Numbered from the stretch's first letter, positions 10,501 to 25,500 are shown. The stretch: DNA of 64,000 nucleotides from Squalus acanthias (GCA_030390025.1 CM059431.1:96536001-96600000); one strand, 5' to 3'. The notes: generated by a model not told the origin, from the sequence alone. Numbers and translations are program-made.

Positions 10501-13500
10501 TTAGAGGAGTACAGAAAGTGCAGGGGTGCAATTAAAAAGGATATTAGGAAAGCAAAGAGAGAGCATGAAAAATTCTTGGCAAGTAAAATCAAGGAAAACC
10601 CAAAGATGTTTTATAAATATATTAAGAGTAAGAGGATAACTAAAGAAAGGATAGGGCCTATTAGAGATCATGAGGGTAATCTGTGTGTGGAGGCGGGAGA
10701 CGTCGGTCGGGTTCTTAATGAATACTTTGCGTCTGTTTTCACAAGGAGAGGGGTGAAGCAGATATTGCTATCAGGGGGGTGGAGTGTGAAATATTAGATG
10801 AAATAAACATAGAGAGGGGAAGTATAAAGGGGTTTAGCAGCTTTAAAAGTGGATAAATCCCCAGGCCCGGATGAAATGTATCCCAGGCTGTTAAGCGAAG
10901 CAAAAGAGGAAATAGCAGAGGCCCTGACCATCATTTTTCAATCCTCTCTGGCTTCAGGTGTGGTGCCGGAGGACTGGAGGACTGCTAATGTGGTACCCTT
11001 GTTTAAAAAGGAAGAAAAGGATAGACCAAGTAATCACAGGCCAGTCAGCCTAACCTCGGTGGTGGGAAAATTATTGGAAAGAATTCTGAAGGACAGGATA
11101 AATCTTCATTTAGAAAGACACGGATTAATCAAGGATAGTCAGCACGGATTTGTTAAGGGAAGGTCGTGTCTGACAAACTTGATTGAATTTCTTGAGGAGG
11201 TAACAAGGAGGGGAGATGAGGGTAGTGCATTTGATGTAGTGTATATGGACTTTAGCAAGGCTTTTGATAAGGTTGCACATGGCAGACTGGTCACGAAGTT
11301 AAAAGCCCATGGAATCCAGGGCAAAGTGTCAAGTTGGATTCAAAACTGGCTCGGAGACAGGAAGCAGAGGGTAATGGTTGATGGGTGTTTTTGTGACCGG
11401 AAGGCTGTTTCCAGTGGGGTTCCGCAGGGCTCAGTACTAGGTCCCTTGCTTTTTGTGGTATATATCAATGATCTAGACTTGAATATAGGGGGTATGATTA
11501 AGAAGTTTGCAGATGATACTAAAATCGGCTGTGTGGTTGATACTGAAGAAGGACGCTGTAGACTGCAGGAAGATATCAATAAATTGGTCAGGTGGGCAGA
11601 ACAGTGGCAAATGGAATTCAATCCGGAGAAGTGTGAGGTAATGCATTTGGGGAGGGCTAACAAGGAAAGGGAATACACATTAAATGGTAGGACACTGAGT
11701 AGTGTAGAGGAACAAAGGGACCTTAGAGTGCATGTCCACAGACCCCTGAAGGTAGCAGGCCAGGTAGATAAGGTGGTTAAGAAGGCATACGGAATGCTTG
11801 CCTTTATTAGCCGTGGCATAGAATATAAGAGCGGGGGGGGGTTATGCTTCAACTGTATAAAACACTAATTAGGCCTCAGCTAGAGTACTGCGTGCAGTTC
11901 TGGTCACCACATTACAGGAAAGATGTGATTGCACTAGAGAGGGTACAGAGGAGATTTACAAGGATGTTGCCGGGAGTAGAGAATCTTAGCAATGAGGAAA
12001 GACTGGATAGGCTGGGTCTGTTTTCCTTGGAACAGAGGAGGCTGAGGGGAGACCTTATTGAGGTGTATAAAATTATGAGGGGCATAAAGTAGATACAGAG
12101 GACCTATTTCCCTCAGCAGAGGGGTCAAAAACCAGGGGGCACAGATTTAAAGTAATTGGTGGAAGGTTTAGAGGGGATTTGAGGGGAAATTTCTTCACCC
12201 TGAGGGTTGTGGGGGTCTGGAACTCACTGCCTGAAAGGGTGGTAGAGGCAGGAACCCTAACCACATTTAAAAAGTACTTGGATGTGCACTTGGGATGCTC
12301 TAACCTGCAGGGCTACGGGCCAAGAGTTGGGAAGTGGGATTAGGCTGGATAGTTCTTTGTTCGCCGGCATGGACAGGATGGGCCGAAATGGCCTCCTTCC
12401 GTGCTGTAACTTTCTATGATTCTATGCAGAAGGTGTCACCAAGGGGCAACATGTCGATGGGGAAGAGGAGGGGGCCAAGGAAGGATCCTTGGGGGACTCC
12501 TGAGGTGGGAAGGGAAGCTAATGCTGGGGATGCTCTGGTGCTGAGAAAGTAAGGACTGTAACTATGTGAGGACTACCCCATTGGAGCTGGACAACGAAGC
12601 AGAGGTACTGGAAAGGATGGCTTGGTTGATCGTGTCCAATGCCGTGGACTCATCCAAAAGGAGGGATAATGCACAACAGTCACATAGAATGTTAGTCATG
12701 ACTTTTTTGGGGCTGTTTCAGTGCAGAAAAGAGGGAATCATCACCCCCTGAGCCATGTTTTGGTCAGTGTCATGGCTCATGGACAGAGAGCACCTTGTTT
12801 GTGAGTGAGTGACCATTCTCGAGAGAAATACAGAGAGGGTTAATGATTGTAGATCTGGTAGCAGAGTCCTTGGAGGTCTCTGGGCAATGGGTTGAGTAAC
12901 TGGAATGAGAAGGAAGGTGAAGAGATTACCTCCTGAGGAGCATGTTGGATGAGATGGACAAGGAGGGAAGATGGATGGGTAATTGAGGCTACTACTCACA
13001 GAAAGGCAATGATGGCTGTCACAATGGGTCTGGTGGAGAATGCCAAGCAAGGCACAAGGCAAAGCTATGACTCATTTACAAAGATTCAAGACTGGGATGG
13101 CAGCAGGAGATAAAATAGGCTGAGGAGTAATGGACATTGGAGTAAGGATCACTAAACATTGGATGTTGGAGAAGGTGGAGTTGAAAGGTTGGATGGTTGG
13201 ATGAGTGGAATAGGAGAGGTGAGCAGATTCCAGGAAGGGCCAGAGAAAGGGAAATAAGAGTAGGTGACTTGGGGCAAGGTGTGCACACAAGTGGTTACAA
13301 AAGTAAGCCTGAATTACTTTTTGATGGTAAGATGGAGATTTACACAACAAGGCTTAAAACTGAGGGCAGAGAAGAGGGTATATAAAATAGTCCCAAATGA
13401 GAGAGGGAGGAGCAGGAGGCACTGTACACCACTTGAAGACGGTGTGAGGAGGAGCTTTGAGCAGCTATCAGTCATAAGGAGAGGGGTCCGGTTTGGAGAT

Positions 13501-16500
13501 GATAGAAGAGCAAAAGTGGATTTGGGAACACTTGGAAGGGCAAAGGTCGCAGACAGTCAGCCAATGCACTGGCAGAGGTTGCAATTGGAAAATCTAGTGG
13601 ATTCAGGGAGCCAATAAAGGAGTGGAGAGTCGACTAAGAACCAGTGGCAGTAGATCCAGCACAAGTAAATCCAGGGTCCATCAGAGCTGCAAAGTAGTTA
13701 CAGGTGCTAACAATGAAGATCAGAAGATCCAGAGACCAACAGAGGAGGAGGAGTAAAATCCAGGAGGCTGGAGTACTGAAGACTAGGAAGCTGAAGAAGG
13801 TAGAAGAGTAATTCAGGAGACTGGTGGAGATGAGGAAGTTGTTGGACAGCATGAAGAGCCAGCCAGTGATGAGGAATATCAGAAAGGCAGTATGGAGTGG
13901 AGCAGAGTCCACGGCCACAAAACCTGAGCAGGTAGTGGCATAGCAAAGGTCGTTGAGCAACATCAGCAGTAGAAGCAGTCCAGCGGCAAGTACAACCTAT
14001 TGCTACAGCATTGGACAAAAAGCTAGCAGTACATTGGAGCCAATTTGTGAGGCAATTGAGGCTATTCAACAAGGTAAGGTTGGTGTGAATGTTTTTTTCT
14101 ACTAATGTAGAGCAAGTGTTCTGGGTTTCTTTAATTGGTAAAGTTCAACCACAGGGAGTTTAACTTCAACACGACACTTGGACCCACTTGTAATGGATAT
14201 AACGAAAAAGCAAAAGTGCTTCAAATTCCCTAGGGATTCTATCCAATACTTTGACACAAGAACATCAGAAATAATGGGGACAAAAACCGACCATCCCACT
14301 TTTCCACGGTAACTATGGCAGAGCAGGAATCGCATCCTGCTGGCAACATACGACTTTAACCCTGCTAGCAACCTACAACTCTAACCCTTCTGACGACCTG
14401 CAACCCTGATGTTGACCTGGGACCCTGACTCCACGTGCAACCCTGCTGAGAGTTTCTGGGGCCAGGAAATCAAAATACAGGTAGGCATCGTGCTAGTATT
14501 GGTACATCTTGAGCACCTGCCAGGGAGGTGCAGGGGAGCAAAATGAGGTACTTGCTAGTTGCTTGAGTGCTAAGCAGGTAGCAGCAGGTTTAAACAGTTG
14601 TTTCAATTTGAAATTGTCCCCTTTATACAGGTGTGTTCTTTCCAGGACCTGACCCGAGTTTGGAACATCCTGCGGGCCTCACTTATGCTGCTCCACACAA
14701 CCGAACACCAGTATCTTGCTGGTACCCAATTCATTCGGGTCAGACACAGCAGGAGCAAATGCTGACCCACCGGCCCTGCCTCCTTTGCACACAGGATTCT
14801 AACGGCAGCTGAAACTATTGCCCACTCCGCACTTCCCTCAGAGGAAACTCTCAGGGTCTGCTCTGGGGATTAGACCCGATGTCAACTTTGTCCTATCCCA
14901 TTTCCCATCCCTCACTTGCCCAGATTACTCCCTCGGGCCTGAGGAAATTCAGGGCTAAACTGACTGAGCTGCAGCTATCTGCCAATCACAGAGTAATGGC
15001 TATTTGCTCTCTGTGAGTGCCGCATAATTAAAAGTAATATACAATTCAGTATGTATCCACATTCTTTAAACTTAGCGCTCAATTAATCTGTTGGGTACCA
15101 AACAGCTGTGAATTTTGTGAAACACTGAGCAACATTTCTCCCACAATCTATTTTGTCTTTTACCTGAATGAAAAGCATCAATATGTTCATTGCCAGTTGC
15201 GATGCATTGCACACTCAGACAGCAATTGCTGCTCTCAATTACTGTTAATTTCTGACGCCGTCCACTGAACGTTACCTGAACTTTCTCCACTGCTGTTGGC
15301 CAAAGCTGCCTGCAGATTACTTTTTTAACTACATCCGGAAGGAGGCTGACTGTTATTAGCAGGATAATCCCTAACCAGGCCGGCCCTGTTGAGAGCATCT
15401 GCATGAAGACATAGTACATTCTCTGGTAATTCAGAAACGGCCTGAGAAGAAAACAAACATCATCAAGGAAAAGAAGGGACAGAAAAATCTGCTTTAGAAA
15501 TAATAAGATGTGAATAAATAACGGCGGGGCATACTTCCAGCTCATGCCTGTCTGTAATCTAAAGACCCAATGTTTCATTTGCTGCACCATATTCACAGGT
15601 TTGCCAGCATTGTATGCTGCACTGTGCACATAATTACTGTTCAAATCCAGATTGAAATGGGTGCAGAATACCATCAACTTTCCTTTAGCTTTTTAAGTAG
15701 TTAAACAGTGAGATATCTTGGGACACAGCATATATATACACAACTGCACAACACGGCTTCCAGTAAGAACTGTACTGCCCATGTGCTTTATTAATATACA
15801 TCAGTAGTCCACCAGGTGGCACTATTACATTTCTCCCTCCTTAATGAAGAAGTTAATCAAAGCAAATAACCATTGTACATGACTTGCATGGTATACACAA
15901 CTCTTGGTATACATTTCTCAAATGGAATCCATTTTATGTTTCTAAATTCTACTATAGAATTCTGTTACACAAACAAAAGATATGAACTTATTTTCCATAT
16001 TTACAGATTAAACTTTACCACTGGTTTTCTATTTTGAAGAGGATACCTTCTTTCTTGAACAGAACTTTCAGATCTTGTTGTAGGACTTTGACTCATTCTA
16101 GGCTGAGCCTGGGAAGCATTTTTCTCCAAGGGCTGACCTTGATCTACATTTGGACTCTCTACACTTTCAGACTGTTTGTCTGCCTGACTCGGGCTCAGAC
16201 TTAAATTCTGACTTTGTCTTCGAATTGTTTCTGGTACATCTGATGTAGGTCTTGCTACTGGTACTCTACGTGTAACAAGACTATCTGACTCATCAGAATA
16301 AATTGAATCATCCCAGCTTTCAACTCCTTCCACATCTGTAGGTAAGATATGATCAATGTGAACAAACCTAACCTTTCCATGATCAAAAATCTTGACCAAA
16401 TATGTGCGAGGGCCACATATCTTCACTACTCTTCCTGGTAACCACTTTAACCATTTATGGTGATGGTTCTTCACTCTAACCTCCTGGTTCAACTTCACAC

Positions 16501-19500
16501 TTCTCTCTCTAACTCTACCTATATCACGACTCTCTTTCTGCCTTGATTGTTTCTCTTCTGCAGGCTGTGCCAAGTTTGGCTTTAACAACGAGAACCTGGT
16601 TCGTAGCTGTCGTTTGAGAAACAACTCTTCTGGTTTTCTACCAGTAGTTGTATGAGGAGTATTCCGATAGGTAATCAGAAAATTTGCCAGTTTGTGGTCC
16701 AACGACAACTGACGTTTCTTTAGTTTTATAAGAACATAAGAAATAGGAGCAGTAGGCCATTCGGCCCTTCGAGCCTGCTCCGCCATTCAATGAGATCATG
16801 GCTGATCTTCTGCCTCAATTCCATTCACCGGCCCTATCGCCATATCCCTTGATGCCCTTATGAGTCAGAAATCTATCGACTTCTGTTTTGAATATACCCA
16901 ATGACTGAGCCTCCACAGCCCTCTGGGGTAGAGAATTCCAAAGATTCACCACCCTCTGTGTGAAGATATTTCTTCTCATCTCAGTCCTGAATGGCCTACC
17001 CTTTATCCTGAGGCTGTGGTCCCTGGTTCTAGACTCCCCAGCCAAGGGAAACATTCTCCCAGCATCCACCCTATCAAGCCCTGTAATAATTTTGTATGCT
17101 TCAATGAGATCCCTCCTCATTCTTCTGAATTCAAGAGAATACAGGCCTAGTTTACTCAATTTCTTCTCATACGACAGTCCCGCCATCCCAGGAATCAATC
17201 TCGTGAACTTTTGTTGCACTCCCTCTATGGCAAGTATATCCTTCCTTAGGTAAGGAGACCAAAATTGTACACAGTACTCCAGGTGCGGTCTCACCAAGGT
17301 CCTATACATTTGGACTGTGCGCTCTGCTGCACCATTTGAAGCAGGGTGGTACAGTGAAACTTTGGTATGTTTCACACCATTTCTGCTCATGAGCTGTGAA
17401 CTCTTCTGAACAAAATTGCGGCCCATTATCAGACACGATTTCTTCTGGGAGGCCATATGAAGAAAACAATATTTGCAAATTGTCTAGTGTTTTGCTTGTT
17501 GTTATTATCCGCATCGGAAACACCTCTACCCACTTCGAGTGACTATCTATCACTGTGAACAATTGCTGTCCTTCTAGCTCAGCAAAATCTACATGTAACC
17601 TTTGCCACACTCTGGGAGGCCATTTCCATGGCTGTAATGGTACTGATGGTGGTTTCTTGCTCACCGATTGACATGTTGTACACTGGCTGACTATATACTA
17701 TCTCTTTATCTAAACCTGACCATCATAAGTAACTGCGTGCAAAACACTTGGTCAAGCACGTTCCCAGATGCTGGTCATGAAGATCTCCTAACAATTTAGA
17801 CCTGAACCTATTTGGGATAACTACTCTTGCTCCCCACATAATGCAATCTTTATCCACTGACAATTCATTTCTACGAACGAAGTATGGATGGATATCTTCC
17901 TCTGATACCTGGTTTGACCATCCATTTGCTATATAATCATACATCTTTGACATAATTGGGTCACGTTTGATTGCCCTATTAATCTCTTCAACTATGACTG
18001 GCAGCTCATTAATGTATGAGAAATAGAACACTTCTTCCCTATTGGGTGTAACTTGTGATGGGGATGGCAACCTGGACATAGCATCAGCGTTACTGTGATC
18101 AGCTGATCACCTGTACTCAATGTCATACGTATACGTTAACAAAATCAATGCCCATCTCTGTATTCGGGCTGCAGCTAAGGTTGGAACTGGGGACTTTGGA
18201 TGGAGGATTGCGGTCAGTAACTATGGTAAATTTACGACCAAACAAGTATTTGTGAAACTTCTTGACCCCAAAAATCATTGTCAAAGCTTCCCTTTCGATC
18301 TGCGCATAATTCCGCTCACTGGCACTGAGAGTGCGTGAAGCAAAAGCAATTGGTTTCTCCTCCCCACTATCTAGTACATGAGAGATCACTGCCCCAACTC
18401 CATACGGAGAGGCGTCACACGCTAGCTTGATCTCCTTAGATACATCATAGTGAACTAACATGGTACTCTCTACTAACTGGCTTTTACACTCTTTGAATGC
18501 TGTGTCACATTCTTTTGACCACTTCCAAGGGACCTATTTTCTCAACAGCTCATTCAGTGGATGTAACAATGTAGCCAAGTTTGGGAGGAATTTTCCGTAA
18601 TAATTCAAAAGACCCAAAAATGTTCGAAGTTCAGAGACATTCTTGGGAATGGGTGCATTTCTGAGTGTATCCAGCTTTCCCTTGGTTGGATGTAAACCAT
18701 CTTTGTCTACTCTGTGCCCTAAGTACTCCACTGAGTTTTGAAACAACTCACACTTGTGAGCTGTCAGTCGTACTCCATGCTTCTGTAGCCATTTGAGCAC
18801 TTCATTCAACACCTCATTATGGATTTGCCTGTTTGGTGCTGAAATGAGTATGTCATCCAAATAACACACTACCCATTCAATCCCTTGCAAAATTTGGTTC
18901 ATCGCTGGAATATGTCAGGGGCGGAAGACACTCAAAATGGTAGCTTATTGAACTGATATAGGCCTAGATGAGTATTTATAGTCAAGCATAACTTGGACTC
19001 TTCATCTAACTCAAGTTGTAGGTAGGCGTTTGTGAGATCTAACTTTGAAAAGATCTGGCCACCTGTCAGTGCTGTGAACAAATCTCCCAAATTTGGCAAC
19101 GTATTGAGTAGATTACACTCTAGAATCTGGTTTACGGTTACCTTATAATCACCACACAATCTTACCTTATCATCTGACTTAGGTACAACAATGGGTGTAG
19201 CCCAATTACTCAGATCTACCTTCGAGATAATGTTCCCAGTTTCTAGTCTTTTGAACTCTTGCTTAACTTTCTCCTCGAGTGCGTATGGTACGGGATGTGG
19301 CTTGCAGTAAACTGGTCTTGTGTCCTTCTGCACTCTGACACTCGCCTTGAAGTCTTGGATCGCACTGCCCGTTTCGCTGAACACCTTCGGATACTGCTTG
19401 ATGACATCATCTTTCGATGCAAATTTCACTTCCACATGAAAAATCTCATTCCAATCCAGCTTCAGGTGATCCCAACCAATTTCTACCTATCAAGGCAGGC

Positions 19501-22500
19501 TTGTCTCCTGCCACTACTATGAGAGGCAAGCTCTGACACTGATCCTTGTATTTCACTGGTATGGTGACACTTCCGACTACAGGGATTTGCTCTCCTGAGT
19601 AGCCTCGCAGCTCTACCTTCGATTTCTCTAGTCGATAATCACGCAACTTGTCACGATAAATCGATTCCGGTACTACGCTCACGGATGCACCAGTGTTAAT
19701 TCCATGGGTATCTTGGCTCCTGTGACATCTACTTGGATGACGATACCTCGCGAATCGCTGTTAGATACCTTCATGCTCCTGATGACATGAATCTCCAGAA
19801 ACTCTCGTCCGACTGCTGCTCTGCAATGGTATGTAGCGTCTGGTGATTTCTACTTCTAGCATTGCCAGTCGGTTTACTCTCCTGTCAGCATGCCTTCGCA
19901 AGATGCCCAGTTTTCTTGCAGTTGAAACACTCTGTCTTCACATATGGACAGCTTTGAGCGATGTGTTGTCCCAGGCACCGATAGCACGACTTCAATGCAC
20001 TGTTACCTTGGTCAGTTGCTGAGACCTTGGGCCCAACTGTCTTTTACTTTTAGACTGCAGCTGATTCACCTCAGTTGTCTGATGACTGGAAATGGCGCGA
20101 AACTCTCGGGACTATCGGTCAGTCATATCCATTGACAAGATATGCCTGCCTGCAGTCTCTATCCCTGACCCCGCCAAAGTTTGTGGGGTCGAGGGAGGAG
20201 TCATGAGTAGTGGGCCCTTCTTAGTTTGGGGGTGCATCTGGGGCACTCTCCTGCCAAAGAAGCTGAAGCTTACTAGACCAGGTGAGTACTGGAGTCCCCC
20301 CTCCCTGTAAAGAGGAAGATGATGATGTTGGCCCAAGGGCCACAGGTCCCACCTGTTTGAAGCTGACGGAATGGCCACACATTTTGGGGTCGATTTACTA
20401 TAAATGCTATTCATGGCCCTTGTCACCTGCTCCAGTTTCATTTTCGATATTTATTCCCACACAACTGATGTCTCCTTTTATAATAGAAACAGAAAATACT
20501 GGAAACACTCAGCAGGTCAGGCAGCATGTGTGGAGAGGGAAACAGAGTTAACGTTTCAGGTCGATGACCTTTTCCAGTTCAGACGAAAGGTCATCAACCT
20601 GAAACGTTAACTCTGTTCCTCTCTCCACAGATGCTGCCTGACCTGTTGAGTGTTTCCAGCATTTTCTGGGTTTTTTTCAGATTTCCAGCATCCTCAGTAT
20701 TTTGCTGATGTCTCCTTTTATTTGTTTCAATTTTCCTTTACCCAACAAGATACATTTTTAAGGAAGTTAAGGTTTTATTTAGCTATGTCACTCAGTGAGA
20801 AAGCAGCTGTGTTTAAATAAAACACATTCTTGATAGGGAGGTGTGATAACATTCCATCACTGACTGCCCGAAAGTATATTCAACTCAATTACACACTGAA
20901 AAGGATGTGGTACTTTTATCACACTGACCAAATGCTGTCCAGCGCCATCAATTAAATTCTTCTAATATATATTTGTGCAGATAATAAGTTTTGCGAAACA
21001 AATACTTTGTTGTTTAAACTGGATCTAGTCTCTGTCCTTCTGAAAACCTTAAGTTTTATTAAGGGGAAAACATACACTTAAATGTTTTGTTTTACAGTGA
21101 GCCCATATTTACACAGACTTACCAGATAATGCCTCCCCAGAGCAGAGAAAAGATGATGTAAAACAGCAGCGAGCCCCATATCACAAAGTGGTTTATCCAT
21201 GTCCAGTGATGAGTGTCCAGCGCAAGCTATGAAAACAAAAACATGACACGTTTTAACTACCCAACCGTCAGGGTACAGGGTATGTCCCAGGACAGGATGA
21301 GATGCACAAAACAGCAGAGGGGTGAAGCAACAGAGGCCGATGTCCATATCCAATCTATATTCCCATGATAAACTTGGAAATCATCTACAAAATATTTTGC
21401 AAATTAATTTGAGGCGATATTGAATTTTTAATGAGGTTTTCATTTCCCATCCTCACTCAGAAAGTAGAAATCTGTTGGAACACAAAACGTGACCGCAGAT
21501 TTTTAAATAGTTTACCATTGCACAATCAACCACCACTTGAGTACAGTCCAAACATGTCCACTTGGGAAAGGTTTGTGAAATTTAAAAAAAATATTTAAGA
21601 AACTAATAGATCCCCTGTCGCACAGTAGGATACGCTGATTTGGAATGACAGGAGTGGTATAGATAGGAATGGATGTGGGGGTACAGGGCATAATTTCCAA
21701 GTTTGCAGAGGATACAAAACTCGGAAATGTAGTAAACAGTGAGGAGGATAGTAAGAGACTTCAGGAGGACACAGACAGACTGGTAGAGTGGGCAGATGAA
21801 TTTTAATGCAGAGAAATGTGAAGTGATACATTTTGGTAGGAAGAATGAGGAGAACCGATATAAACTAAATGGTACAATTTTAAAGGGGGTGTAGGAAGAG
21901 AGAGACCTGGGCGTGTATGTACACAAGTCTTTGAAGGTGGCAGGACAAGCTGAGAAACTGTTAAAAAGCATACGGGATCCTTGGCATATATTACATTCTG
22001 AAGGGGGAGGGTGAACAGCCAGAGGTCGTGGTCCATATCGGTACCAACGACATAGGTAGAAAGAGGGACGAGGTCCTGCAAGCAGAATATAGGGAGCTAG
22101 AAAATAAATTAAAAAGCAGGACCTCAAAGGTAGTAATCTCAGGATTACTCCCAGTGCCACGTGCTAGCGAGAGCAGAAATAGGAGAATAGACCAGATGAA
22201 TGCGTGGCTGGAGAGATGGTGTAGGAGGGAGGGATTTAAATTCCTGAGGCATTGGGACCGATTTTGGGGAAGGTGGGACCTGTACAAGCTGGACGGGTTA
22301 CACCTCGGCAGAACCGGGACCAATATCCTAGCAGGGGGTTTGCTAGTGCTGTTGGGAAGGATTTAAAACTAGTTTGTCAGGGGGCTGGGAACCTATGTGT
22401 GGGCCCAAAACAGAGAGAAACAAAGCTGTAAGTGCAAGTTAGAAAAGTAGCCAGCAAAATTAGTCGGGAGCAGAAACAAAGGCCAACAGTAAAGAAGGTC

Positions 22501-25500
22501 AAAGTGCAGAAAAATATTAAACAGGCAAAGTTGAAGGCACTTTATCTAAATGCACGTAGCATTCGCAACAAGGTGGATGAATTAATGGCACTAATAGAAG
22601 TAAATGGGTATGATGTAATTGCCATTACATAGAAACATAGAAGATAGGAGCAGAAGTAGGCCATTTGGCCCCTCGAGCCTGTTCCGCCATTTAATGAGAT
22701 CATGGCTGATCATCCAAATTCAGTACCCTGTCCCTGCTTTCTCCCCATATCCCTTGATCCCTTTAGCCTTAAGCAATATATCTAACTCCTTCTTGAATAT
22801 ATTTAATGAATTGGCCTCAACTGCCTTCTGTGGTAGAGAATTCCACAGGTTCACCACTCTCTGGGTGAAGAAATTCCTCCTCGTCTCAGTCCTAAATGGC
22901 TTACCCCTTATCCTTAGACTGTGACCCCTGGTTCTGGACTCCCCCACCATCGGGAACATCCTTCCTGCATCTAGTCTGTCTAGTCCTGTTAGAATTTTAT
23001 AAGTTTCAATGAGATCCCCTCTCATTCTTCTAAACTCTAGCGAATATAAGCCTAATCGACCCAATCTCTCTTCATACGTCATGCCTGCCATCCCAGGTAT
23101 CAGTCTGGTGAATCTTCACTGCACTCCCTCCATGGCAAGAACATCCTTCCTCAGATAAGGCGACCAAAATTGTACACAATACTCAAGGTGTGGTCTCACC
23201 AAGGCCCTGTACAACTGCAGCAAGACATCCTTGCTCCTGTACTCGAATCCTCTCGCTATGAAGGCCGACATACCATTTGCCTTCTTAACCACCTGCTGCA
23301 CCTGCATGCTTACCTTCAGCGACTGGTGCACAAGGACACCCAGGTCTCGTTGCACTTCCCCTTTTCCCAATCTATTGCCGTTCAGATAATAATCTGTCTT
23401 CTTGTTTTTGCCACCAAAGTGGATAACCTCGCATTTATCCACATTATACTGCATCTGCCATGCATCTGCCCACTCACCCAACCTGTGCAAATCATACTGG
23501 AGTTACAGAGACATGGTTGCAGGTAACCAAAGCTGGGAACTGAATGTTCCAGGATACTCAACATTTAGGAAGGACAGACAAAAAGGAAAAGGAGGTGGCA
23601 TAGCGCTGTTAATAAGGGATGAGATCGGTACGGTAGAGATAAAAGATCTTGGCTTGGCAGATCGTGATGTAGAACTGGAATCAGTTTGGGTGGAGCTTAG
23701 AAACAGCAAAGGGCGGAAAACATTGGTGGGAGTTGTGTATAGGCCACCAAACAGTCGTGGTAATGTAGGGCACAGTATCAATCAAGAGATTAGAAGTGCA
23801 TGTAACAAGGGTAATACAGTAATCATGGGGGACTTTAATCTACATATTGACTGGGCAAGTCAAATTACCACTAATAGTGTGGTGGATGAATTCTTGGAAT
23901 GCATGCGAGATGGTTTCCTGGATCAGTATGTGGAGGAACCAACCAGGGAACAGACTGTTCTGGATCTGGTACTGTGTAATGAGAAAGGGCTAATCAATAA
24001 TCTTGTGGTAAAGGGGCCTTCAGGGACAAGTGACCATAATATGATTGAATTTTATATTAAGTTTGAGAGTGATGTAGTCCAATATGAAACTAAGGTCTTC
24101 AATCTAAACAGAGGAAACTACAAGGGTATGAGGGACAAGTTGACCATGGTAGATTGGGAGACTACACTACAATGGCTAACATTCAAGGAAATAATGGATA
24201 ATTTGCAACAAACATATATTCCTCTAGGGCATAAAAACCCAAAAGGAAAAGTGATTCAACCATGGCTAACAAAATAAATTAAAGCTAGTATTAAGTCAAA
24301 GGAGGAAGCTTATAAAGTTGCCAGAAAAAGCGGTCAGCCTGAGGATTGGGATCTTTTTAGAAATTAGCAAAGGGGGACCAAGAAATTGATAAAGAAAGGG
24401 AAAATGAAATATGGGCACAAACTAGCGAAAAATATAAAAACGGATTGTAAAAGCTTTTATAGGTATGTGAAAAGGAAAAGACTGGCAAAGGTAAATGTAG
24501 GTCCTTTACAGTCAGAGATGGGAGAATTTATAATGGGGAATCAGGGTTTTGAAAAAGGTGGCCATTGGGATAGTGGACGCATTGGTTGTCATCTTCCAAA
24601 ATTCTATAGATTCTGGAACGGTTCCTGCAGATTGGAGGATAGCAAATGTAACCCCGCTATTTAAGAAAGGAGGGAGAGAGAAAACGGGGAACTACAGACC
24701 TGTTAGCCTCACATCAGTAGTCGGGAAAATGCTGGAATCTATTATATAAAGAATGCAATAACTGGGCACTTAGAAACTAATAGTAAGATTGGGCAGAGTC
24801 AACACGGATTTATGAAAGGGAAATCCTATTTGACAAACCTATTGGAGTTCTTTGAGGATGTAACTAGTGGAGTAGACAATGGCGAACCGGTAGATGTGGT
24901 GTATTTGGATTTTCAGAAGGCCTTCGATAAGGTCCCACACAAGAGGTTGTTGAACAAAATTAGGGCACATGGAATTGGGGGTAATATACTAGCATAGATT
25001 GAGAATTGATTAACAGACAGAAAACAAAGAGTAGGGATAAACGGGTCTTTTTCAGGATGGCAGGCTGTGACTAGTGGGGTACCGCAAGGATCGGTGCTTG
25101 GGCCCCAGCTATTCACAATCTATATCAATGATTTGGATGAAGGGACTAAATGTAACATTTCCAAATTTGCTGATGATACAAAGCTAGATGGCAGTGTCAG
25201 TTGTGAAGAGGATGTGAAGAGGCTTCAAGGGGATCTCGACAGGCTCAGTGAGTGGGCGAGAACATGGCAGATGGAATATAATGTGGATAAATGTGAAGTT
25301 ATCCACTTTGGTAGAAAAAACAGAAAGGCAGAGTCTTTCCTAAATGGTGAAAGATTGGGGAATGCAGATGCTCAAAGGGACCTGGGTGTCCTTGTACATG
25401 AGTCACTGAAAGTGAATGTGCAGGTGCAGCAAGCCATTAGGAAGGCAAATGGTATGCTGGCCTTCATTACAAGAGGATTTGAGTACAGGAGTAAAGAAGT

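Larger units (their letters stand above)
15709..20146 (-). mobile_element. Ty3/Gypsy LTR retrotransposon, 5'-truncated (gag zinc knuckles, protease, RT, RNase H, integrase, PPT, 3' LTR)
   Basis: RT motif YLDD (18534-18902), RNase H DAS motif (18123-18461), integrase SDNGPQF and HPASNG motifs. PPT at 15830-15843 abuts a TG...CA-bounded LTR. Confidence 0.92.

Noticed and set aside
10849..11868. Active autonomous LINE or domesticated RT gene
   Set aside because: 5'-truncated with frameshifts on both sides; every RT-bearing element in the window is disrupted.
15072..15677. 201-aa ORF suggesting a longer exon or an intron-retained C-terminus
   Set aside because: Only 15276-15441 resembles ATP11A and it is bounded by good splice sites. 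The flanks look like chance open frame, although retention cannot be excluded without RNA data.
16815..17456. Apparent integrase-LINE fusion ORF
   Set aside because: Chance in-frame junction made by a CR1 fragment inserting into a decayed Gypsy integrase.
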